A stretch of DNA of 64,000 nucleotides from positions 192,001 through 256,000 of the forward strand of contig CAWCXJ010000008.1 in NCBI GenBank assembly GCA_963799485.1. The letters run 5' to 3'. The notes beneath the pieces were generated by a model, which had not been told where the DNA came from, searched no databases, and saw only the letters and a list, made by a program, of their open reading frames with translations. Source of the DNA: an uncultured Trueperaceae bacterium (lineage in GTDB: Bacteria > Deinococcota > Deinococci > Deinococcales > Trueperaceae). Position numbers and translations under genes: made by a program. Positions 57,157-64,000 of the stretch are shown here, piece after piece. Position 1 is the stretch's first letter. Every line of letters begins with the position of its first letter.

Positions 57157-59367
57157 ATGGAGACGCTGACGTCGCCCTTACCCGAAACGCTAGACCACAA
57201 AACCGACTACCTGAGCGAACACGACAAAGTGCGTCTAGGGAGCGCGTACAGCTTCGCTGAGGCGGCGCACCGGGGCGTGACGCGCCGCTCCGGCGAGCCT
57301 TACATTACCCACCCGGTCGCCGTCACCGAACTGCTAGCCGAGATGCAGCTCGACGCCGACGCGCTGATCGCCGGGCTTTTGCACGATACCGTCGAAGACA
57401 CCGAGGTTACGCTCGCCGACGTTGAAACGCACTTCGGGGCGCCCGTGCGCCGCATCGTCGAAGGTGAAACGAAGATCAGCAAGCTCAAAATCTCGCGCCT
57501 CGGCAACGAATACGAGGACGAACAAGCCGAAAACCTGCGGCAGATGCTCCTCGCGATGGTCGGTGATGTGCGGATTATTCTGGTCAAGTTCGCCGACAGA
57601 CTGCACAATATGCGTACCCTGCAGTTTATGCCGCCGGAAAAGCAAAAACGCATCGCCCGTGAAACCTTGGAGATTTTTGCGCCGCTCGCGCACCGTTTGG
57701 GGATCAACCACGTCAAGAGCGAATTGGAAGAACTTGGGTTTTTGTACGCCGAGCCTGAACGTTACCGCGCTTTAGAACGCCAGGTACGGCTCCGCCGCGC
57801 CGAACGTGAAGCGTATGTGGCGCGCTCTATCGTGATGCTAGAAGACCGCTTGGCCCAGGAGGGCTTGTCGTTCGATATTGCGGGGCGCAGCAAAGGGCTC
57901 TACAGCGTTCACCAAAAGATTTTACGCGACGCCAAAAACTTAGACCAAATCTTCGACCTGATGGCGATTCGGGTCGTTTTGTCCCCGACGACGCACCTGG
58001 GCCTCAGCTTGGAAGACGAAGAAAAAGCCGTCTGCTACCGCGCGCTCGGGATTATCCATTCGATCTGGACGCCGATACCGGGCCGCTTTAAGGATTACGT
58101 GGCGGTACCCAAACCTAACGGCTATCAGTCTTTGCACACGACCGTTATCGGCTTGCAGGGGCAGCCTATCGAAGTGCAGATTCGCACAGAGCGGATGCAC
58201 GAAGTCGCCGAGTACGGCGTCGCGGCGCACTGGGCGTACAAACAGGGCCTCGGTGAGGCGTCCCCGGCGGCGCTCCAGGGGCGGCTGACCTGGATGAAGC
58301 AGCTCGTCGATGTTGACGAGGGTTCGGAGAGCGCGGGTGCGTTCGTCGATACGGTCAAGACCGACTTGCTCTCTGAACGGGTACTGATCTTTACGCCTGC
58401 CGGTGACATCGTAAATCTGCCGCTCGGCAGTACCCCGATAGATTTTGCCTACCACGTCCATACCCAGGTCGGGCACCGCTGTTCGGGGGCGCGCGTGAAC
58501 GGTGAAATCGTACCGCTTTCGTACACGCTGCAAACCGGCGACCGCGTAGAAATCCTGACAAACCGGGGCGCGCACTACGGGCCGTCTCCCGACTGGCTCG
58601 GGATAGTCGTTACAAGGGGTGCTAAACAAAAGATTCGGCACTATTTCAGGCAACAAGAGCGTGAGGGCACCCTCGAGAGCGCCAAACGCACTTTAGAGCG
58701 CGCGCTGCGCCGTAAACACCTGTCGGTAGCGCATTACACCGGTAAAAAGCTCGAGGTCGCCGCCCGCAAACTTATCAACGCCGATTCGGTCGACGAGCTT
58801 TATTTGGCACTCCACGCCAAACGCGTGACTCCTAAACAGATTTTGCTCGAGCTGCTCCCCGAAGCGCCCAAACCCACACCGCCTGCACTGCCTACCCCGA
58901 AACGCGGTACCGGCGGCATCTACTTGGACGGCCTCGACGCGCCCGCCAAACTCGCACAGTGCTGCAGTCCGGTGCGCGGCGACGAGGTCGTCGGCTACAT
59001 CACGCGCGGGCGCGGCGTCACGGTTCACCGTTGCGACTGTCCGAACGTTAAACACCTGATGCGTAAAGAGGCCGAGCGCCTCGTGCACGTGACCTGGGAC
59101 GTCGCGACCGGCGAGGTCTACCCGGTCGATTTCGAGGTCGTCGGTGTCGACCGTCCCGGTCTGCTGATGAACGTTTTAGATGTGATTGCCGGAATGAACA
59201 AGTCGGCCTCGAGAGTCACCGCCGACGTGCAGAGTAGCGCAAACGCCCGGATTCATTTCCGCATCGACGTCAAGGACCAAACCGAGGTCGACCGGGTCAA
59301 AGAAGCAGTGCTGCGTATCGACGACGTGACGCGTATCTACCGCTCACGACCGGGGCTTAAAGCGTAA
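57157..59367 (+). CDS. rel: Bifunctional (p)ppGpp synthetase/hydrolase Rel
   Basis: GEPYITHP, LLHDTVED, RFKDY, YQSLHT, EVQIRT; TGS and ACT domains. Confidence 0.95.
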   Translation: METLTSPLPETLDHKTDYLSEHDKVRLGSAYSFAEAAHRGVTRRSGEPYITHPVAVTELLAEMQLDADALIAGLLHDTVEDTEVTLADVETHFGAPVRRIVEGETKISKLKISRLGNEYEDEQAENLRQMLLAMVGDVRIILVKFADRLHNMRTLQFMPPEKQKRIARETLEIFAPLAHRLGINHVKSELEELGFLYAEPERYRALERQVRLRRAEREAYVARSIVMLEDRLAQEGLSFDIAGRSKGLYSVHQKILRDAKNLDQIFDLMAIRVVLSPTTHLGLSLEDEEKAVCYRALGIIHSIWTPIPGRFKDYVAVPKPNGYQSLHTTVIGLQGQPIEVQIRTERMHEVAEYGVAAHWAYKQGLGEASPAALQGRLTWMKQLVDVDEGSESAGAFVDTVKTDLLSERVLIFTPAGDIVNLPLGSTPIDFAYHVHTQVGHRCSGARVNGEIVPLSYTLQTGDRVEILTNRGAHYGPSPDWLGIVVTRGAKQKIRHYFRQQEREGTLESAKRTLERALRRKHLSVAHYTGKKLEVAARKLINADSVDELYLALHAKRVTPKQILLELLPEAPKPTPPALPTPKRGTGGIYLDGLDAPAKLAQCCSPVRGDEVVGYITRGRGVTVHRCDCPNVKHLMRKEAERLVHVTWDVATGEVYPVDFEVVGVDRPGLLMNVLDVIAGMNKSASRVTADVQSSANARIHFRIDVKDQTEVDRVKEAVLRIDDVTRIYRSRPGLKA

Positions 59368-59447
59368 ACAGGTCGAGCGGTGCAGCATTCGGCAAAAAGT
59401 CCGAACAGTCTTTTCGAACAGTCTTAAAAGCCAAACAGTCTTAGGTG

Positions 59448-60200
59448 CTAAAGTCCGGGCTCTTGTTTAGCGCCGCTAACGACAACAGTCTCACGCGCAC
59501 GTTCGTTGTGGAGCGGCACCCCTACTGCTTCTCGGTTGAGTAGCTGCGCCGCAGTTCGGAGCGAAAAAACCAACCAGCAGACGATGCCGAGCATTTTAGA
59601 CAGGTCTTCGATAAGCAGACCGGCATCCCCGCGGATGCCAAACAGAAAACGGAGCAAACCTTGATCGGTTAAAACTGAAAAGGCAAAAAAGCCGAGAGCC
59701 AGACCGAGAAGTAAAAAATCCGTTTCTAACAGGAGTTGAATAAACCCGACAAAGCCAGCTGCCAAGATGCCGTAAACAGCGTACAGAGCAAGCTCGGAAA
59801 TACCTAACCAGACCGGTAGCATCGCCTCATGCAACATAAACAGGTCGTCTAACGCAAGAAGGCCGGCAAAAACGGCCATGTAAACCAAAAAAACTTTTTC
59901 CAAACGTCTGCCGGGTACTGTAGCGGTCGTCCGCCGGAGCAAAAAAGCGGCGAACGCGTATACAACCGCGCTCGTCCACCAAAGTAAAACCCCGACGTTT
60001 GAGAGTGCGCCGCGGTAGAACATCACGTCGCCCTGTAGGTCGTAAATTTCGGCGTTGGTATCGCGTAGTAGCGTACCGATCGGCACGAACCGCTGAACCG
60101 CAAGCATGAGATAAATGACTACAACCGGCAAAAGCACAGTCAAGACAACCGTCCGTAAAAGAGGTACTTGCTTGAGCAGGCGGGATAACAGAAGGTGCAT
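59448..60200 (-). CDS. Hypothetical polytopic membrane protein
   Basis: About 7 TM, LDDLFMLHE, IEDLSK; SD AAAGGA. Confidence 0.7.
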   Translation of the reverse strand: MHLLLSRLLKQVPLLRTVVLTVLLPVVVIYLMLAVQRFVPIGTLLRDTNAEIYDLQGDVMFYRGALSNVGVLLWWTSAVVYAFAAFLLRRTTATVPGRRLEKVFLVYMAVFAGLLALDDLFMLHEAMLPVWLGISELALYAVYGILAAGFVGFIQLLLETDFLLLGLALGFFAFSVLTDQGLLRFLFGIRGDAGLLIEDLSKMLGIVCWLVFSLRTAAQLLNREAVGVPLHNERARETVVVSGAKQEPGL

Positions 60201-60378
60201 GAGAGTCCTTTGAAGAGATGGTGAAATCGTCAGCACTGTGTAGAAATATCCGGTCGGCTGACGCCGGGCTGACAGAACCTCAAGATAGCTTAGCAGATTC
60301 TGCCGCCGCTACTACGTAAATACCTGCGGATAACAGCTTTGAAACCAACTGCTGTCAACCTCGCGTATAAATGTGCGG

Positions 60379-60801
60379 ATGACCCGCCGCCTTGAGCTAG
60401 CGACACTAAACTTGGAAAATATGAAACGCTCGAGTTGGCACAGTATTCTGACGTTCGCAACGGTTACCGGATTTATCGGCTCGAGCACGCTCGCTATGGT
60501 GCTGAGCCTGACAACACCTACGGGAGCAAAAATACTGGTTTTTACAGGCGGTTTTTTTGGAACGCTACTAGTCGGCGCGCTGCTCCCCCGCGTCCGGCAA
60601 AATGTGCTCGGCGTATTCCAGTCTGCTACGAGTCGGTCGGAACAAACGTCGGCGTCCAGGCGTAACCGCGCCCCAGCGCCCAGGTACCTGCGAAACACGC
60701 CCAGCAAGCTGCGCCGGTTAGAGCGGCATATGCTGCTGAGGAGTCGCTACAAATACACGCGCGTGAGCCTGCCGCAGAAAAAGAGAGTGGCAAGAAAGTA
60801 A
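60379..60801 (+). CDS. Hypothetical 2-TM protein with a basic tail
   Basis: Two hydrophobic segments; no family recognised. Confidence 0.5.
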   Translation: MTRRLELATLNLENMKRSSWHSILTFATVTGFIGSSTLAMVLSLTTPTGAKILVFTGGFFGTLLVGALLPRVRQNVLGVFQSATSRSEQTSASRRNRAPAPRYLRNTPSKLRRLERHMLLRSRYKYTRVSLPQKKRVARK

Positions 60802-61139
60802 GCTGCTTGCAGGTCTGCCTAAAGCACAACTGCGTCTCGCCGGTCGGTAGCGTAAAACCTGTGGGTACCGCGAGAGGCTGCTCGAGCAGAGCAAGCTCAC
60901 GTAACACACAGGTTTTCTCGACCACTAGGGTCTCTTGCCGAAGCTCGCCGCTGCAGGTGCAAACAGCGAGCTTACCGGCTTTAGCGGGCTGCCCGGTGCT
61001 AAAAAATTGTGCCGCTGTCTAACGGGGATGTCGGGTGGGGTAATACCTGCTCGGATAGCGCCTGACGCATCCGGAACGAAGCCCGGTAAGACGAGGCTGA
61101 CGCCAGGTTCGGTTCCTGTGCCTGCCCGGCTACCCTCCG

Positions 61140-62729
61140 CTACACCATGACCCGCTCGTCATCGAGACCGGTCGCACCGCTCGGGTGCGGGGGGCGTTGT
61201 TCGGTTATCTGCGTATCACCGCTACCGTCGGTGCAGCGTACTGTAAAAGTGTGTTGGCCCGACTCGAAAGGCCACTCGAAACGCCACAACACCCAGGTCA
61301 GCTCAGACATCGGCTCGCGGAGCTGTGCGGGCTGCCAGTCGCCGTCATCGACCTTGACCTCGACGCTGCGAATCCCCCGCGCCCCCGCATAGGCGATACC
61401 GCCGACCGGGATTACCTCACTATCTTTAGCGTCGGCAATCATCATGTTCGTCGCTACCGTGTCGATCACCGAGGTGGCCCGTACCTGCGCCTCGCGGTCC
61501 CATGAGCGCACCACCCAGTAACCGGGTTCCCATGAATCTACGACCTCGATGGTTTCAATCCATTTGGGTTGCTTCATACCGTAGTGGTCGGGGATATAGA
61601 TGCGGAGCGGAAAACCGTGCTTGATACGGAGCGGTACCCCGTCCCAAGCGTAAGCGAGGACGATACGCGGGTCATTGCGGATATCGGCTAGCGCTACGTA
61701 CTCGAAAAAGCCGTCGGCAGACGTGATTCGCAGATGTGAGGCGTTTTCTTGCAAGCCCCACTCGGGCAGCAGGTTTTGTAGCGGGACGCCCGTCCAGCGC
61801 GTGGTGCCGATCAGCTCGCCGCCGACAGGGTTTGAAATACACGACATGGTGACGAACTGATCGGTCGCCTCAAAAGCGCGCATCTCCGAGAGCGTGTACT
61901 CTCTGGGCGTATCTACCAGCCCCTCGACCCGTAAACGCCAGTCGGCTGCTTGAAGGGTAGGGGGCGCAAGGTTGATATCGATACGGTAGTGCTGTTCCAG
62001 GGGGGTATATTCGGGGCGTGTTCCCTGTACGGGCGCAACCGCTGCACCGGCGTTGGGGAGCGCATTGTTCGCCGACCAGCGCTGACCTTCAGGCGGCGCT
62101 TCTTCGGCGTTCCGGCGGCTCAGCACCGCCCCGACGCCTGCGCCCGCTACGGTAATAAGTGCCGCCGCGCTCCCGACCCGCACGATAAATTGCCGTCGGT
62201 TGACGGGCTCGGCGGTGACAGCCGGGGTAACGATTCGGGTCACGCGGCGTTGTAACCATGCCAGACCCAGACCCCAAACGACAAGTGCCAACAAAACCCA
62301 AAGCCCGTCTGCAAGCGTCGCGCCCTGCCGGGTCGCGCTGATCGCACCTAAAATTAAACCCAGTACGAGACCGTAACTTGAACCGGCGAACAGGCTCGAG
62401 CGCCGCCCCCGGAAAAAAGCAAAGTACGCCGCCCCGCCAATGAGGGTCAGCCCGAGGGTCAAAGCTACCGCCATCGCCTGTTCTGCCAGCTTGGCGTTTT
62501 CTCTGACTGACAACCCGAGGGCGTTAATCATCCCGACCATGCTGTCGATGCCGGTCGTAATCACACTTCCCGGTAAGATGCGCGAGATTAGATCGAAAAT
62601 ATCAAAAGGGATAAAAGGTACGCCGACAGTCGTGTAGGCCAGGAACAAGAGCGCCAGCAGCGGCGCGCTCAGCAGCAGGGCGAGAGCCGCACCGACGACG
62701 AGAGCAAGCCAGATATTGGGTTTTTTCAC
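61140..62729 (-). CDS. Membrane-bound sulfite oxidase-family molybdoenzyme
   Basis: Internal NRRQFI, MSCISNPVGG, HGFPLR, YGMKQPKW. Confidence 0.88.
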   Translation of the reverse strand: MKKPNIWLALVVGAALALLLSAPLLALLFLAYTTVGVPFIPFDIFDLISRILPGSVITTGIDSMVGMINALGLSVRENAKLAEQAMAVALTLGLTLIGGAAYFAFFRGRRSSLFAGSSYGLVLGLILGAISATRQGATLADGLWVLLALVVWGLGLAWLQRRVTRIVTPAVTAEPVNRRQFIVRVGSAAALITVAGAGVGAVLSRRNAEEAPPEGQRWSANNALPNAGAAVAPVQGTRPEYTPLEQHYRIDINLAPPTLQAADWRLRVEGLVDTPREYTLSEMRAFEATDQFVTMSCISNPVGGELIGTTRWTGVPLQNLLPEWGLQENASHLRITSADGFFEYVALADIRNDPRIVLAYAWDGVPLRIKHGFPLRIYIPDHYGMKQPKWIETIEVVDSWEPGYWVVRSWDREAQVRATSVIDTVATNMMIADAKDSEVIPVGGIAYAGARGIRSVEVKVDDGDWQPAQLREPMSELTWVLWRFEWPFESGQHTFTVRCTDGSGDTQITEQRPPHPSGATGLDDERVMV

Positions 62730-62857
62730 GTTTTTCTCCTCAACAGGTTAAGGGGCCTGATAAAGCTGGTATATCAGGTGAGGTAGCTGACTCGAGTCGT
62801 ATTAAAAGAGGTTCTATAACGTAAATGTAGCGTGAACGAGCAAGATTTTACGTCAAA

Positions 62858-62916
62858 TGTACGACAAAGGCGTCTGTATGACAAACCCGTATGACAAACC
62901 TGTATGACAAAGGCGT
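62858..62916. repeat. Four tandem YGTAYGACAAA units
   Basis: Copies at 62858, 62875, 62888 and 62901. Confidence 0.75.
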
Positions 62917-62952
62917 TCCTACCCACCGAACTGCAAACCGTCATCGGTCTGT

Positions 62953-64000
62953 TTACGCTACTGACCGCTCGGTGTGTTCCGGCTGCGCCGTCAGCGCGGC
63001 CCTTAACTGTCTGACAACTTCGCCAACCTGTTCGTCTTTGAGGTTCGGGTATAGCGGCAAGGCCAAAAGCTCTCCGGCAGCGGCCCTGGCGTCTGCACAG
63101 TCGCCGTGTGCTTTACCCTTTAAGGGTGGCAGGTCGGAGAGTGCATAAGGGTAGTAGGCCCTCGCTTCGACACCGCGTTCGTTAAGTTCTGCCATCACCC
63201 TGTCACGTTCGGGCACACGTACGACGTAGAGATGATAAACCCCGTTCCGGTGCTGCGGCACCGTCACCGGCAAGTCGGCTAGAAACGTATCGTAACACCT
63301 CGCCAAGGTGCGCCGCCGCGCGTTCCAGCCGTCCAGATAAGGCAGTTTGACGCTCAGTACGGCAGCTTGGAGGGCGTCGAGCCGCGAGGTGTACCCGACC
63401 GCCTCGTGAAAATAAGGACGTGTGGTGCCGTGTGCGCGCAACAACCTGACCTGTTTGGCAACGTCCGCGTGCGGCGTCGTTACGAGCCCGCCGTCCCCGG
63501 CTGCACCCAGGTTTTTCGTCGGGTAAAACGAGTAGCAGCAGGCGTCGCTCCAGCTACCCATCGGTTTGCCGCCCAGCGCTGCGCCGACCGCTTGCGCGGC
63601 ATCCTCAATCACCTTGAGGTCGTGCTTTCGGGCGAGTTCGGCGAGCGCGGGCATGTCGGCGGGGCAGCCGTAAAGATGTACGGGCATGAGCGCTTTCGTG
63701 CGCGGCGTCAGCGCGGCCGCGGCAGCCGTAACAGACAAGTTGAGCGTATCGGGGTCGATATCGACCAGCACCGGTTCCGCGCCGACCAAAAGCACCGCTT
63801 CGGCAGACGCGTAAAACGACAACGCCGGAACGATGACCTCATCGCCGGGGCCGATTTGGAGCGCACGCAGCGCCAACACCAGCGCGTCGGTACCCGAGCC
63901 GACGCCGACCGCGTGCGCCGAGTTCGTATAGGCCGCAAACTCGGCTTCAAACCGTGCGACCCGTTTGCCCAACACGAATTGAGCTTTGCGGAGGGTCTCC
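62953..64000 (-). CDS. DegT/DnrJ/EryC1/StrS aminotransferase (5' end outside the window)
   Basis: SGTDAL, EDAAQA, SFYPTKNLGAAGDGG. Confidence 0.92.
   Translation of the reverse strand, partial: ETLRKAQFVLGKRVARFEAEFAAYTNSAHAVGVGSGTDALVLALRALQIGPGDEVIVPALSFYASAEAVLLVGAEPVLVDIDPDTLNLSVTAAAAALTPRTKALMPVHLYGCPADMPALAELARKHDLKVIEDAAQAVGAALGGKPMGSWSDACCYSFYPTKNLGAAGDGGLVTTPHADVAKQVRLLRAHGTTRPYFHEAVGYTSRLDALQAAVLSVKLPYLDGWNARRRTLARCYDTFLADLPVTVPQHRNGVYHLYVVRVPERDRVMAELNERGVEARAYYPYALSDLPPLKGKAHGDCADARAAAGELLALPLYPNLKDEQVGEVVRQLRAALTAQPEHTERSVA

Larger units (their letters stand above)
149..62796. repeat. Dispersed, highly iterated palindrome (G)CTCGAG(C)
   Basis: By-eye count: more than 100 CTCGAG and about 40 GCTCGAGC, including many intergenic copies. 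Confidence 0.75.

Noticed and set aside
62858..62916. CRISPR-like array
   Set aside because: Units are about 11 bp with 2-6 bp spacers, and there are no cas genes.

Overview
This is a GC-rich (about 60% by eye) bacterial chromosome segment, most likely Deinococcota (Trueperaceae-like). That assignment is an inference from gene content and from the many genes with a TANNNT -10 box 5-8 nt before the start codon. The flanks are housekeeping. Left flank: ABC-F, malEFG/malZ, dprA, cysS, rpmB, hemW, two cyclophilins, queuosine-salvage hydrolase, prmC, lspA and large NAD-GDH. Right flank: an M16 peptidase pair, Lpt-like genes, rel, a Mo-oxidoreductase and a DegT aminotransferase. Between them is an accessory copper/redox island (about 28.8-49.6 kb) with Lgt-TlpA, Lnt, DUF305, DUF3105, two OmpR-type two-component systems, CcdA, a multicopper oxidase and Lgt. 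Nested in the island is an atypical cbb3-like heme-copper oxidase operon with a 1109-aa oxidase-like fusion protein. The most notable signals are: (1) a leaderless 12-aa leader peptide ending Cys-Cys and carrying an anti-SD directly upstream of cysS; (2) a HIP1-like, highly iterated palindrome (G)CTCGAG(C) across the whole window; (3) two direct-repeat operator families, each exactly 9 nt from a -10 box, defining two regulons in the island; (4) the unusual oxidase operon. No rRNA, tRNA, CRISPR array, integrase or transposase was recognised.
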